Below are positions 34,448 through 45,269 of a DNA stretch of 52,991 bases, piece after piece. The DNA is taken from contig JBAXHO010000003.1 in assembly GCA_037138855.1 (NCBI GenBank), positions 1 through 52,991 of the forward strand, in the 5' to 3' direction. This DNA is from a bacterium (GTDB lineage Bacteria; Patescibacteriota; Dojkabacteria; B142; OLB20). Under the pieces are notes generated by a model. It had not been told where the DNA came from. It worked only from the letters and a program-made list of their open reading frames with translations, and searched no databases. Each line of letters starts with the position of its first letter. The stretch's first letter is position 1. The position numbers were made by a program, and so were the translations under genes.

Positions 34448-36123
34448 TATTTTTTAATATTTGTTGGACGACCACGAGAATCACCTAATTTTTCATAATA
34501 AGCTTTTTCAGCTTCTGGACTTTGATCTGGCAAAAAGCCTTTTTTACCACCTTTCCCAACAGGAAGTAAGTCATTTGTATTTGTAACTTCGGCAGCTCCA
34601 GCGTCAGAAATTAATTTTGGAAACCTAATATAAACTTTTTTAATTTCTTCATCAGTTGGTTTTGGTCTTCCTAATTTTCTAGCCTCATCATAGGCTTTTT
34701 CTCTAAAATCATCGGGAATTGCAATAGCTCTTCCTCTAGAAACTTCATACTTTCTTTTTTCTTCAGTGCCTCCCCATAAACTATCTTTTTCAAAAGACTG
34801 CTTAACAACAAGATCGTGAGCCATATCTTGAAGCTCCCTTACCGTTGGTGGACGTTTATGTGCTTCTTGAAATATTTCTGATTCTTCATTTAATCTTGTT
34901 TTAAATTTGGCTGCTTGAGTTTTTCCGCTATCTTCAGTAAGTTTATATCCTATTTGTTTTATAGTGCCATTGGCAACTTGGTCAAAAGCAGCAATTGAAG
35001 CAGGAACAGTAGTTTTTTGTTGTAATTTTTGAAGCTCTGCAATTTTATTAGATGGAACATCTGCGGCAATTTTAAGAGGAGAAATCTCTGAAAACTTTGT
35101 GGGATCTTTTACATACATGTCTTTGTAATCCCAATAATTCTTTTCTTGTTCTGTTGCTTGAACCTTGCCTTCACCTAGTTGTTTTTGACGGACAGCATCA
35201 TATCTGGCAATATCTTCATTAGAAGCTTTTAACTGAACGGCAATAGGGAGTTGGTCAAATGCAGCTCCTGAAGAAGCGCCTTTTAAAAGTTCATTGTCAA
35301 CATTTAACTTAGCTTGTCTTTCAGCTTTAGCCGCAGCTCTTTCAGCATCATTTTTTTGCTGCTCTAAAAGCATTTCTGCCCTATCTTTTAGCTTCATTCT
35401 TTCATCAGCGGGAAGCATCCTAGCTATTCCTTTTCCTTCAGTATCTTTATCAGCGCCGTTAAGAATATTAAGTTGCTGTTGGGGAGGAAGACTAGCTATT
35501 TGAGTTGTAACAAATCTTTTATTTACGTCCTCATTATATTTTTGAATTTTCAAATCGCGGTTAGGATCACTATAAGGAATACTTAAAGCAAAATTATCTT
35601 TGGTAGCGCTTAGAATATCTTTTTGAACATTTGGATCTCTCGCCTTTAAAAAAGCATCGAGGTTTGCATCTTCTTCTTTAGCCGCAGTCGCCATTCCATA
35701 GGCTTGTTGTTTTGCTTCGGAAGTTTTAAGAATTTGTCCAAATTTTTGCGCTTGGTGTAAATTTAAATCCTCTTCTAATCTTTGCGAATATCCGTTTTCT
35801 CCAAGAGATTTTTTAGTTTCATCTTTTATTTTTTTCATTCCCTCTTGGTATTTTTGAGGAAGGTTTGCATAATCGGGGCTTTGATCTAATTCTGTTTCAA
35901 GATTAACTGATTGTTGTAAAGCTTTAGATTTAGCAATTGAATAGTTAAACTTGTCATGGCGATTTTTTATTTCCAATAATACACCACCAGTTTTTTCTAA
36001 AACTTGTCCTAATTTAGCGGTAGCTTCAGGCACAGCGGTAACATCAGCACTTACAACTTGAGGCGCGTTATAACCAGCAGCTTGAGGAACTGATAGTTGA
36101 TCGACAATTGGGAATTTACTCAT
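34447..36123 (-). CDS. Internal virion (ejection) protein
   Basis: Helical and charged; lies between the gp14-like gene and the giant protein. Confidence 0.7.
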   Translation of the reverse strand: MSKFPIVDQLSVPQAAGYNAPQVVSADVTAVPEATAKLGQVLEKTGGVLLEIKNRHDKFNYSIAKSKALQQSVNLETELDQSPDYANLPQKYQEGMKKIKDETKKSLGENGYSQRLEEDLNLHQAQKFGQILKTSEAKQQAYGMATAAKEEDANLDAFLKARDPNVQKDILSATKDNFALSIPYSDPNRDLKIQKYNEDVNKRFVTTQIASLPPQQQLNILNGADKDTEGKGIARMLPADERMKLKDRAEMLLEQQKNDAERAAAKAERQAKLNVDNELLKGASSGAAFDQLPIAVQLKASNEDIARYDAVRQKQLGEGKVQATEQEKNYWDYKDMYVKDPTKFSEISPLKIAADVPSNKIAELQKLQQKTTVPASIAAFDQVANGTIKQIGYKLTEDSGKTQAAKFKTRLNEESEIFQEAHKRPPTVRELQDMAHDLVVKQSFEKDSLWGGTEEKRKYEVSRGRAIAIPDDFREKAYDEARKLGRPKPTDEEIKKVYIRFPKLISDAGAAEVTNTNDLLPVGKGGKKGFLPDQSPEAEKAYYEKLGDSRGRPTNIKK

Positions 36124-36671
36124 TATAATTCAGCTTTTGCGGTTAAATCAGTAGGAGATTTAGAATTGTATTTCGCATAGAATGATCCAGCAGTTGCGCC
36201 AGATCCAATTAAACTAGATATAGCTCCAATATTAGCAGCTTTTCTGGCTTGTTTTCCTTCATAGCGAGTCATAGTCGCTTTATTTCTTAATCCTATAGCT
36301 TCATTTTTTAAAGCATCTGATTTAGTGTTTCCTTCATATAAAGCACTTAAAGCTTCATATTCACCTTGACTGGCAGTATTAGAAATTAAATCAGCAATAT
36401 TTTTTTCAGAAGTTGAGGCTCCTTGTGCGGCGGCAATGGCGATTTGTTTTGATTGCAACATTTTGTTTTGCCTTAAAGCTTCTGTCGCTCCTCTTTGTCC
36501 ACCTGCGACTGCATTAGCTGCGGCAATATCGGCTAAATCTGCATTCTGGTTATATTGTCCAGCAACAGTAGTCGCCATGCGAGATTGAGCATTACCAGCT
36601 TGAATTTGAGAACTAGCTGATAAAAGACCTCCACCTACCATTAAAGCTGGAATTACTGTTGCTGCGGACAT
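36123..36671 (-). CDS. Internal virion protein (T7 gp14-like position)
   Basis: Ala/Gly-rich with hydrophobic ends; synteny. Confidence 0.7.
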   Translation of the reverse strand: MSAATVIPALMVGGGLLSASSQIQAGNAQSRMATTVAGQYNQNADLADIAAANAVAGGQRGATEALRQNKMLQSKQIAIAAAQGASTSEKNIADLISNTASQGEYEALSALYEGNTKSDALKNEAIGLRNKATMTRYEGKQARKAANIGAISSLIGSGATAGSFYAKYNSKSPTDLTAKAEL

Positions 36672-37039
36672 AGCTTATAAAATTCTTTGTTGTTTATAGT
36701 GTTATAATATTTGTAACCTAATTTTTCTAAATATCTTTTTGAATTAGGAATTTCAACATCTCTTTCGCAAACTATTGTAACATTTAATTTCTTAAATTCT
36801 TCCGTTACTTGTTTAGAAATTTCCCAAAATGCTTTCCTTGGTAGATTATTTCTGACTCTAACAAAGGAAGTAAATTGAGTTGGAATTAACCAAATACCTC
36901 CGATTGCATATTTTTTTCTTCCTTCTTTTAAAACCCAAGCTTTTGCAGAATAAGGCAAAGTTTCACCTCTAAAAAAGAAATCAAAATCTTTCTTAGTAGC
37001 AAATCTACTGCTTATCATTTGTTGTAATTGCAATTTCAA
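36653..37039 (-). CDS. GNAT-like virion-assembly protein (T7 gp13-like position)
   Basis: SKRYLEKLGY motif; follows tail tubular protein B. Confidence 0.6.
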   Translation of the reverse strand: MKLQLQQMISSRFATKKDFDFFFRGETLPYSAKAWVLKEGRKKYAIGGIWLIPTQFTSFVRVRNNLPRKAFWEISKQVTEEFKKLNVTIVCERDVEIPNSKRYLEKLGYKYYNTINNKEFYKLCPQQQ

Positions 37040-39755
37040 TTGCTAATAGCGTGCAAGGTCTTGGGGCTTGGGCTTGAAGACATACACGACTATCAGTATT
37101 CCAAGAACCACCAAAATTAAACATTGGTGTATCTATTTCTGAAAAAATAGTATCATAAGGAGTTATAATTCCTGTTACGGGATTAACATTTGGAAGTTGA
37201 TCTAGTCCATCAAAAGAAGAGTTATAAAGCAAACCTTTTGAATGAGTATTATTCATTATCACGCCAATAGAATTTACCATTTTTCTTGCTCCTAAAGGAG
37301 AAGAAGAGGCATAAGCTAATTTAGAGCTTTGATATTGAGCGGTGTAAGGAAGTCCTACAATTGCATTTGAAACTGATTGTCCTAATGTAATTTGACCACC
37401 AGTTACGGTATAAGTAGTTTGAATATAAGGATTAGAAGCACTAGGAGGAGAATTTGGATTAGTTAAATTACTAGGACTTAAATCTTTGCCATCAGCCCAG
37501 ACAATCACTTTTTCGCCTTCGAGATGGCTTAACCCAGTTATAGTAGAAGTAGCCGCGCCAGAATATTCAATAAATGAATCAGCTTGTTTGTTTAAAGTAT
37601 CGCCTTGGCAATCTTGTTGGAATGCAAACTTTTCTAAATAACGAACTGTTTGACCATTAATTGTTCTTTTAATAGAATAATAAACATAATCTTCGACTGT
37701 ATTTGGTCCCGGAAAAGTTACAACATCTTCAACTTCTCCGTCAGTTTCATAAAGAAACCAAGCTTTGAGATTTTCAAGAATATCATACAAAAGAATTGCA
37801 ACCTTTCCATCAGAACGCACACAATGAATCATTGTATCTGGCTGTCTTTGAGTATCAAGACGAACAACAGAAGGCTTACCAACTTCGGGAACTGCTTTGG
37901 TTAATTCATCCGCAGCATAATCAATTGTATTTTGATCGTAAGCTAATTCAAAAATTCTTGTTCCAGCACCTTGAACAAAAATTAATTTTTTATCAAGTTT
38001 AGCTGGGTTTACATTAGAGCAAGATTGAGTGGTAGGTTCTACTACTTTAAAATTAGTTGGAGTCATTGGCTCTTCAAAAGAAGTAGTTTTTATCCCTTTA
38101 ACTGAAGTATCAACCCCAATAAATAAACGATAAAGTGAAGCCATCCAATAACATTGATTAGTTGCCCCCGATCCTAAATCTCTTGATATTAAACCAGAAT
38201 CACCAGTAATGTGATCATCAAAACTTAAATAAGCATCAGAGATTGAGCCAATAATTTTAGAAATTCCTGCGTGAAATAAACGCCCTTCTGAAAGTGCCAC
38301 TGCTGATGGCCAGCCTCTATAGTCTGACCATTCTCCCTCATTCCATTTAGTAGTAGGATTGGTCGATCCCAATGATTTAAGAACTTCTGCGGCAACAGAT
38401 GTTGTGCTAGTATACGAAGTAATCCTAAAATATCCAGTAATTGAACCAGAAGTATAGGACAATGAAACATTTGCAGTGCCTGAAGTATAATTTCCAGTTT
38501 TAATGCCTATGCGATAGCGAACAGTTGAATTGGTTAGTCCGTCATCATAATTATAATTTTGGTTAGTAGTATAACTTACTGCATCAATCCACGAAGCACT
38601 TTCATCAAATGACCTTTGCAAAGTAACTGTACCTACCCATGTTCCAGTTATTGTAACTGTAAAATAACGAGCATCTCCAACGCCTGTAACTATGATATAA
38701 CCAGTGGTAAAAGTATTGGCTGCACTGACTCCTTGAGCAATATTTTGTCCTATTGAAACATGTTTAAAAATTGCCCCAACATGTCCAGTTTTAAATAAAC
38801 TTTGACTTGCAGTTACAGTAATATTTCCCGAAATATTAGAAGCAGAAAGTGTAATTTGTGAAGTGTTTGTTACCCTGACTGGTCCATCTTCAGGCTGGTA
38901 AAGAATAATTGACCAAGAGCTATAATTGGTTGCAGCAGATCCACGGCGTTGTAAAATTCTTTGTTGAAGGGTATTACCGCAAGCAACATAAATTGTATCT
39001 AAAGATTGGTCGGTGCGGATTGATGGAAGTAAAGTTTCGGTATATGGAGAGGGAAGGGTTACTATTCCAGCGCTTTCAATTTGAATAGATTTAACAAGAA
39101 CTATTCTCTCTAATAATGAAAAAAAGACAATATAGAAGTTTGCGGTAGTTGGGAGGAAGGCTAATGAGTGGGTTCCTGTTCCAAGAGTTGTTTCAGAAAC
39201 TAAGTCGTCGGCATAAAGAGTTGAGCCGATTTTAAAAGTAACTGGGCCCCTTTCTATAATTACTCTAACTGCATGTTGAATTCCTTGATTAGCTCCAGTA
39301 GAAACTCCTTGATAACGTATTGCTTGATTTATTCCAGTTCCAACCAATTGCATATAGCTTCCAGTCGCCCATTGTGAAGTAGCTCCTACCTGATCTGCAT
39401 TAGTCCAGCCTGTTAAGTCAGTTGTAAAACTTCCATTTGTGATTGTTGTAGTAACTGATGGACGAGTAATTAAAGCGTCGTCAACCCAGAACCTGATAAT
39501 GCTATCGGTAAATTCTATTAAAGCTCTTTGTGTGTTATTGTAGATAAATTTGGTAAATAAAGCCTTATTATTGCTTTGAGTACCCCCGATGTATTTAGTT
39601 CCTGGTCTAAGCATCATTGAGCCAAGTAAGCGAGGGAACCAATTAGATTGTACTTGTGCGCTTAAAGCCACTTTTGAAACATCTATGCGAGCAAGACCTA
39701 ACTTACTGATAAGCCCGCGATTAAATGCTAATAATGCTTGATTTACTTTGCCCAT
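37005..39755 (-). CDS. Tail tubular protein B (nozzle)
   Basis: AFNRG start, RPGTKYI, GWPSAV...GRL, VGLPYT; 916 aa; synteny. Confidence 0.85.
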   Translation of the reverse strand: MGKVNQALLAFNRGLISKLGLARIDVSKVALSAQVQSNWFPRLLGSMMLRPGTKYIGGTQSNNKALFTKFIYNNTQRALIEFTDSIIRFWVDDALITRPSVTTTITNGSFTTDLTGWTNADQVGATSQWATGSYMQLVGTGINQAIRYQGVSTGANQGIQHAVRVIIERGPVTFKIGSTLYADDLVSETTLGTGTHSLAFLPTTANFYIVFFSLLERIVLVKSIQIESAGIVTLPSPYTETLLPSIRTDQSLDTIYVACGNTLQQRILQRRGSAATNYSSWSIILYQPEDGPVRVTNTSQITLSASNISGNITVTASQSLFKTGHVGAIFKHVSIGQNIAQGVSAANTFTTGYIIVTGVGDARYFTVTITGTWVGTVTLQRSFDESASWIDAVSYTTNQNYNYDDGLTNSTVRYRIGIKTGNYTSGTANVSLSYTSGSITGYFRITSYTSTTSVAAEVLKSLGSTNPTTKWNEGEWSDYRGWPSAVALSEGRLFHAGISKIIGSISDAYLSFDDHITGDSGLISRDLGSGATNQCYWMASLYRLFIGVDTSVKGIKTTSFEEPMTPTNFKVVEPTTQSCSNVNPAKLDKKLIFVQGAGTRIFELAYDQNTIDYAADELTKAVPEVGKPSVVRLDTQRQPDTMIHCVRSDGKVAILLYDILENLKAWFLYETDGEVEDVVTFPGPNTVEDYVYYSIKRTINGQTVRYLEKFAFQQDCQGDTLNKQADSFIEYSGAATSTITGLSHLEGEKVIVWADGKDLSPSNLTNPNSPPSASNPYIQTTYTVTGGQITLGQSVSNAIVGLPYTAQYQSSKLAYASSSPLGARKMVNSIGVIMNNTHSKGLLYNSSFDGLDQLPNVNPVTGIITPYDTIFSEIDTPMFNFGGSWNTDSRVCLQAQAPRPCTLLAIEIAITTNDKQ

Positions 39756-39756
39756 T

Positions 39757-40410
39757 TTAGAATCCGTTTACTCCATTTCCATAAAAACCAGAACCAAAGT
39801 TATTAAGACCAAATCCAATTCTTGATTTAGTCCAGCGTCCTAATGGTAAGGTGTCCATTGGCTTGTCTCTGAAATCATTATTCTTGGCAATCCCAAGTCT
39901 TTGTTTTCGGGCTATTTCTACTTTTTGATAGATAGTGGCGCTGTTTGAAATAGAAGGTTCGGCAAGTAAAGCTAATTCTGCTTGTACATAACGCGCGAAA
40001 GATTGAGGCCATGCAGCAATATTACCGCCATAGGTTGAAGCATTTGAAACGTATTTAATATAAATTACATCCCAAGCTGAATAAATAACGCCTGCTTCGA
40101 TCATGTAATCTTGCAAACCTACGTTGCAAAATGAATCAATCCACAACCCAACCATACCTTTGAAATCACTAGGAATTTCGTAAGCATACTTCCATCCAAA
40201 AGCAGGAACTATAGTAGTGGAAGGAGTTATTTCCATTGTTCTAGTGGCAAAATACCATTGTCCTTGTTGAAGGCAATAATCGACAAGATTGTCATTATCC
40301 CAAGCATAATCGAGCCATTGGCGGGATGATCTATTCTCAGAAAGAGAGGACAAGGGCGTCTCTGACAATAAAGCCAGAGCGCCGTTATAAATTGCTAACT
40401 TTGTTGTCAT
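39757..40410 (-). CDS. Tail tubular protein A (adaptor)
   Basis: IYNGALALL, WYFATR and WKYAYEIPSD motifs. Confidence 0.85.
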   Translation of the reverse strand: MTTKLAIYNGALALLSETPLSSLSENRSSRQWLDYAWDNDNLVDYCLQQGQWYFATRTMEITPSTTIVPAFGWKYAYEIPSDFKGMVGLWIDSFCNVGLQDYMIEAGVIYSAWDVIYIKYVSNASTYGGNIAAWPQSFARYVQAELALLAEPSISNSATIYQKVEIARKQRLGIAKNNDFRDKPMDTLPLGRWTKSRIGFGLNNFGSGFYGNGVNGF

Positions 40411-40868
40411 TACAAGGTATTTTTAATGTGATAAAGGGCTTCTTCTTTTGAAGTTAAGCCATCTTTGCGTAGCGAGTTATCTGATTTTCTGATAATTGCG
40501 AATTTCCTAACTGGTCCCTTCCATTCAATAGAGAAATCACTTTCTTTTGAAGGATTGGATTTTTCATCTTCAAGAGGTACGAAATTAATAAATTTTAAAA
40601 AAACCTCATCCATAACCTTACCAACTACCAATAAAGTGGCAAAGAAAGCCATATCTTCGCGCAATACTTCAATTACTGAGCCAGTTTTTAAAGTTGGTTG
40701 TGATTTGGCAATTTGTCTCCATTTGTGGGAATTAAGTAAGTCTTCTTTAGTAAAAGCGTTATTTAGGTTTAATCTAAATATTTGGCGATCGATTCCGGCC
40801 TCTCTTAAGCTAGATGGCTCAATGTGTTGTGGAGAAGTAATCGGAGCGATAATTGGAGCTTTAGACAT
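40410..40868 (-). CDS. Hypothetical protein
   Basis: Coupled ORF in the structural operon. Confidence 0.65.
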   Translation of the reverse strand: MSKAPIIAPITSPQHIEPSSLREAGIDRQIFRLNLNNAFTKEDLLNSHKWRQIAKSQPTLKTGSVIEVLREDMAFFATLLVVGKVMDEVFLKFINFVPLEDEKSNPSKESDFSIEWKGPVRKFAIIRKSDNSLRKDGLTSKEEALYHIKNTL

Positions 40869-40887
40869 GTTTGTTTAAAATTTATTA

Positions 40888-40920
40888 ATAAATAAATGGG
40901 GGCAGCGATTGCCACCCCCA
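40888..40920 (-). terminator. Terminator after the capsid genes
   Basis: tggggg...ccccca stem followed by tttatttatt. Confidence 0.6.
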
Positions 40921-40927
40921 AGTCGAA

Positions 40928-41218
40928 TTAGGCAGTGGCGGATGCTACAGTCGCTGCACCAGTTGTTGCATTAACAGCCGATACATATTGTAAAGGAGTT
41001 TTAAGCACGTCTGATACAGAAACGAACACGATGTCACCAACATTCATTCCAAGTTCTTTCCCGTTAGAGAAATAACCAGAACCTTGAACAGTAGCCAAAG
41101 TATCAGCGCTGTTGTATTGCCAGAACTTAGCAACGCCAGTTACGGAAGTTGCGTAGATTTTAGAACTAATGTTGCTAAAAATCTGAACTGGGGAATTTGT
41201 AGTAGGAGCGTAAGCCAT
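40928..41218 (-). CDS. Capsid decoration / minor head protein
   Basis: Immediately after the MCP; YNSADTLATV..SGYF...VGDIVFV pattern. Confidence 0.65.
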   Translation of the reverse strand: MAYAPTTNSPVQIFSNISSKIYATSVTGVAKFWQYNSADTLATVQGSGYFSNGKELGMNVGDIVFVSVSDVLKTPLQYVSAVNATTGAATVASATA

Positions 41219-41243
41219 GATTTAAAAGTATTTTAAGTTAATA

Positions 41244-42131
41244 TTAAGCAGGAACGTTCACAAGTGAAGTACCGTCAGTGTAAAACTTGTAAATACCAGT
41301 ATCTTGGATCACTTTCGCGCCCATGTAGAAGTTAGCATTCACGAAGTAGTAGCTGTTTTGTTGGTCGTAACCAGCGTCAACAGTTGGAGTACCTTGACCA
41401 GAAAGATCCGCAGCAAGACCAATAGCATTTTTATGATAAATGTAGTTGGTTTCTGAAGAAGTTCCAGCTCCAGTCAAGCCAGGCATAACGATAAAATTAA
41501 TACCCATCCATCTATATGTACGTGGCTCATCTTTCCATTTCAAATCCAATTCAGGAGTTGGAGTTTTGCCAACATATAGTTCATTAGCAAAGTTAGGCAA
41601 TTTGTATAATTGAGCAAAAACAGAAGGTTGAATAACCGCAGTAATATTGCCGTCCATTGGGATTTTAGCAGCAGTCAATTTCGCTAATAGAGCAGCAAAA
41701 GTATCTGTTGAGATAGAAGTCAATGGATCAGAAGACCATGCAGTTTGAGAACCAGCGTCTAATTGATCTAAAATAACTTTATCAATAGAACGGTTGATTT
41801 TGCCAATTGCGGCTTCAGTCATAACTCTTTCGATATCACCTTGAGAACCAAGAATATCTTCTTTGTTACGAACGTCTTTAGCAAATTGCATCTGCATCGT
41901 AGCAGTGTATTGAGCTTGAGTGAAAGTGCTTGATGGTACGAAACCGTTTGCACCGCGAGTAACGGCGTAATCGTTTCCAGTATCAGCAACTTCAAACACA
42001 GCTTGATGGCCTTTTGCTTGGAATTGGGTTAATACGGAATTGTAAAGAAGTTTTTGTCTTCTTTGGAAGCCTAGAACGATCTCGTTTCTATAGACTACTA
42101 AAGGAGCACTAGGAGTAAATGCAACAGTCAT
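41244..42131 (-). CDS. Major capsid protein
   Basis: Follows the scaffold gene; RSIDKVIL, RWMGINFI, YHKNAIG and GAKVIQDTGI podoviral capsid pattern. Confidence 0.85.
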   Translation of the reverse strand: MTVAFTPSAPLVVYRNEIVLGFQRRQKLLYNSVLTQFQAKGHQAVFEVADTGNDYAVTRGANGFVPSSTFTQAQYTATMQMQFAKDVRNKEDILGSQGDIERVMTEAAIGKINRSIDKVILDQLDAGSQTAWSSDPLTSISTDTFAALLAKLTAAKIPMDGNITAVIQPSVFAQLYKLPNFANELYVGKTPTPELDLKWKDEPRTYRWMGINFIVMPGLTGAGTSSETNYIYHKNAIGLAADLSGQGTPTVDAGYDQQNSYYFVNANFYMGAKVIQDTGIYKFYTDGTSLVNVPA

Positions 42132-42134
42132 TGG

Positions 42135-42310
42135 ATAGTATAATTAAGTTTGTAAGGGAAACAATCTGTTTTAAGGAGTGTGCCAACAAACAAACTTAAA
42201 GATTATCCGTTAGGGTCTTCAGTTGTGTTCTTATAGCGTCCGTTAGTCAGAACTAAATGAGCAATCTTGCTCTAACTGGTCACAAAACGTGACTAGTTAA
42301 TTCTTGTGGA
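42135..42310 (-). promoter_or_regulatory. Structured 5' leader of the capsid gene
   Basis: Hairpins taactagtcac/gtgaccagtta, gagcaa/ttgctc and ttaagtttgt/acaaacttaa; repeated ctaacgga. Confidence 0.45.
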
Positions 42311-42313
42311 ATT

Positions 42314-43276
42314 CTATTTTTTCCTTGAAGCAAGCTCCATCTCAATTTGATTGAGTTCAGCTCGCAATTCAGGAGAATTGTAATAAAGTTTTTCATCGGT
42401 AAGTGCAATTTTTTCAATCTGCTTCTTGCGTTCCATTAAGCTTGGTAAATCGGTTGTTGGGCTGGCAACTACTGTGTGGCCACCTTGTTCTTGTCTAGCT
42501 TCTTTTAAAAAGTGATTTAAAATTGCAGGATCATTAATAGCATAAGAGCCATCAGGTAAAACAGCTTGGTTTAATTTGTTAAAGGTTTCCGCACCCAACG
42601 CTTTTTCTAAATGAGTAGCAACAACGGTTAAATTCTCTTTAAATTGAACGCCCCATTGTTTTTTTAACTCTTCAGAAACAGCATTTTGTTGAGCTTCTGC
42701 ATTACGGATTCTTTCAGATTCCGCTGCATTATTCATTTCAAAATAAGCTTGAAGACTTTTTTTAGCGTCTTCAGGCTTCATGTTCATTTCATGAGCTTTC
42801 TTTAGCCAAGACTCTACAATTGGTTTATCATTTTCACCAATCACCACGCCATTATCTAAAGTAGTGTCGTATTTATCCCAAGATTCAGGGATGCCAGCTT
42901 TTTCTCTCCATTCCGCCACTTGTTCAGCGGTAGCATCTTTCGCTAATTCAGGAGTTGGACGAGTGCTTGAAAATTGTTTTTGTAGTTCTCTATAAGCCTT
43001 TGCAAGCTCGGCAGGTGTCTTATGTTTTTCTAATTCTTTTAAAAGCTTTGGGTCTTCTCCGGCGATGTTTTGTCTCCAATCATCTTTCCAGTAAGATTTC
43101 TCAGTTTTAACTTCACTTGCTGCTTTGTCTAAAAGACTAGCAGATTTAACGGGTTCTTTTGGTGTCTCTGTTTTTACAGGTTCGGTTACTGGTGCTTGGT
43201 TTACTTGTTCTGTTGCTTGAACGGGATTAGAAGTCTCTACGATTGTAGGTTCTTGGATCGAAACAGTTTCAGTCAT
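42314..43276 (-). CDS. Capsid scaffolding protein
   Basis: Acidic, Pro-rich N-terminus; LAKAYRELQK, GIPESWDKY, LKKQWG; upstream of the MCP. Confidence 0.8.
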   Translation of the reverse strand: MTETVSIQEPTIVETSNPVQATEQVNQAPVTEPVKTETPKEPVKSASLLDKAASEVKTEKSYWKDDWRQNIAGEDPKLLKELEKHKTPAELAKAYRELQKQFSSTRPTPELAKDATAEQVAEWREKAGIPESWDKYDTTLDNGVVIGENDKPIVESWLKKAHEMNMKPEDAKKSLQAYFEMNNAAESERIRNAEAQQNAVSEELKKQWGVQFKENLTVVATHLEKALGAETFNKLNQAVLPDGSYAINDPAILNHFLKEARQEQGGHTVVASPTTDLPSLMERKKQIEKIALTDEKLYYNSPELRAELNQIEMELASRKK

Positions 43277-43590
43277 TATTTAGTTTTGTTGTTAATAGGA
43301 TTGTTTTCCTTGAAAATGTCGATGTTTGAAACGGCTGCTATTGATAGCAACGCTCCAACATGCCTAACACCTTCATTGAAACTTGTTATTGCGTGGCTTT
43401 CGTTAAACGAAGGCGCTGCGGATCTGCAAAGCTTGTTAATGATGGTCGAGTAAGCTAGTTGTTGTTCATATTCGTTAGCTCTTCCTTTAGCTACTTTCTG
43501 AAGGGCAATTACTTCGTCTTTCTTGATGAGATCATTTAAATCAACTCCTCCAAAGAAGTTTTTGGCAAATAAAGTTTTGGTTTTAGACAT
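43276..43590 (-). CDS. Bbp19-like protein
   Basis: TSFNEGVRHVG motif; between portal and scaffold. Confidence 0.7.
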   Translation of the reverse strand: MSKTKTLFAKNFFGGVDLNDLIKKDEVIALQKVAKGRANEYEQQLAYSTIINKLCRSAAPSFNESHAITSFNEGVRHVGALLSIAAVSNIDIFKENNPINNKTK

Positions 43591-45269
43591 TATTCTAACC
43601 CCGCTTGATTAATTGCTTGCGCTCCTTTCCCTATCTGTTCAGCAGCTTGTCCGCCTTGAGCTAGGGTTTGGATAAATTGTTGTTGTTGTTGTGCTTGTTG
43701 TTCGTTAGCCTTCATTTCCTCGACCTCGTCTTCATCATTTAGCCATTTAGCAGGTATTCCTTGACCATCTAAGGCATCTCTTAAAGCAAGAGTAGCATTT
43801 GGTAGGAAACGAACAGAAGGATCAAGTTGGATTGTTTGAGCAACTGCGCCCATCATTTCAATAAATTTCTGCCCTTTATCTGCACCTTTGGCTTCGATAA
43901 GTGGCGAAGTAAATGTAAAATCTACAGTTTCGCCTTGTAATTCTTCAGGAATAGTTTCAGGCGCGCCAAAAGCTCTAACGTGCATCAAAGTGTCAAATTG
44001 CATTTTGCACATTTGGCTATTATATTCGCTTTGAAGAGTGCTAAATAAAGGAGAAGCAGACCTGATCCACTCTTGGATTCTTTGTCTTACTTCTGTCGCC
44101 GTCATCGCTGCATCGAATACAGGAAGAGAAAGTTTATCTAAATAGAATGCTCTTGTTAATTGCGCCCTTGTATCGACTTGCATTTGTAAACCATATTGTA
44201 AGCCAGAGCGATCAAGATTCATTATTTTAACAGCATCGTCAGCTTTCCCTTCATAACCCTCTTGAATCCAAGAAATAGTGTTAGCTATTAAAGAGATGTC
44301 AGAACGAACTGCGCTTTCATGAGCAATCATAGGAGGATTAACCGCCTTCTCACCAGCCTCTAAAAGCGAAAGCGTAATTGATTGAAGCAATCTAGCATCT
44401 GGCAAAGCTGCAACAATCGCAGGAGAGTAAGCATATTGAGAGCCTGAAACAGTTTGCCAACGTGGAATGCAATAAATCATTGTTGGAGAGCCAACGCATT
44501 CAATCTCGTGTTCTTCTTCCAATTGGCAATAGATTGACACAAAAGGAAGCTTAATTTTACGATCTTTCGTTGCCGTGTCGCTATAAGAAGTGTAATAATC
44601 TTCGTTTGTCATTACGATATGATATAAAGTAATGTTGCAATCACCTTCTTCGGCAAGTCTCTTTATAGTTTGAGGACTTAACTTGTCGCCAAATTGAGCG
44701 TAAGCTTGACGAATATTAGTTTTCCATTGACGTACAACAAAGTTTATTTGCCCGTTAGCCGCTTCCTGCCAAGCTACATCTCTTAATAACCAGCAGCGGT
44801 GGAGTAAATTCTTGGTCTTATAATCAATTTCAATCGAAATAACGCATTGTCCAAACACTGAATAATCATAATCGCCTTGATCTACTGCTCTTTGGAAGCC
44901 AGATTCGCGATCATAAATAAAGTTGCTTTGCTGTTCTGTAGCCCATTCCAAAAATTGGCGGCTTTCATTGCTTAGGATTTTTTCTTTTTTATTGTTAGCA
45001 ATGGAAATTTTAAACCATTGCTCACCTGCGGGACGAAGATAAGTTGAAATCGAACTTGCTAAATCCCTAGCTATTAAAAGAGGATAAGATGTTGTAAGGT
45101 TACTGGCAAAATCACGACCATATGGAAAAGGGCTTGTCCTAGTAAAAAAAGCTCTTTGCGGATAAAAGTTATAGGCTACATTTTGCCAAAACGAATTTAA
45201 TTGAGTCTTAGCCGACAAGAGTGTTTGCGCTCTTGTAATTAAGAATTGGGTTTTTGGATTAAATGCCAT
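43590..45269 (-). CDS. Portal (head-tail connector) protein
   Basis: WFK, PRW...YAYSP...ALPD, AVNPP, MTATEV..R and SPL motifs. Confidence 0.92.
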   Translation of the reverse strand: MAFNPKTQFLITRAQTLLSAKTQLNSFWQNVAYNFYPQRAFFTRTSPFPYGRDFASNLTTSYPLLIARDLASSISTYLRPAGEQWFKISIANNKKEKILSNESRQFLEWATEQQSNFIYDRESGFQRAVDQGDYDYSVFGQCVISIEIDYKTKNLLHRCWLLRDVAWQEAANGQINFVVRQWKTNIRQAYAQFGDKLSPQTIKRLAEEGDCNITLYHIVMTNEDYYTSYSDTATKDRKIKLPFVSIYCQLEEEHEIECVGSPTMIYCIPRWQTVSGSQYAYSPAIVAALPDARLLQSITLSLLEAGEKAVNPPMIAHESAVRSDISLIANTISWIQEGYEGKADDAVKIMNLDRSGLQYGLQMQVDTRAQLTRAFYLDKLSLPVFDAAMTATEVRQRIQEWIRSASPLFSTLQSEYNSQMCKMQFDTLMHVRAFGAPETIPEELQGETVDFTFTSPLIEAKGADKGQKFIEMMGAVAQTIQLDPSVRFLPNATLALRDALDGQGIPAKWLNDEDEVEEMKANEQQAQQQQQFIQTLAQGGQAAEQIGKGAQAINQAGLE

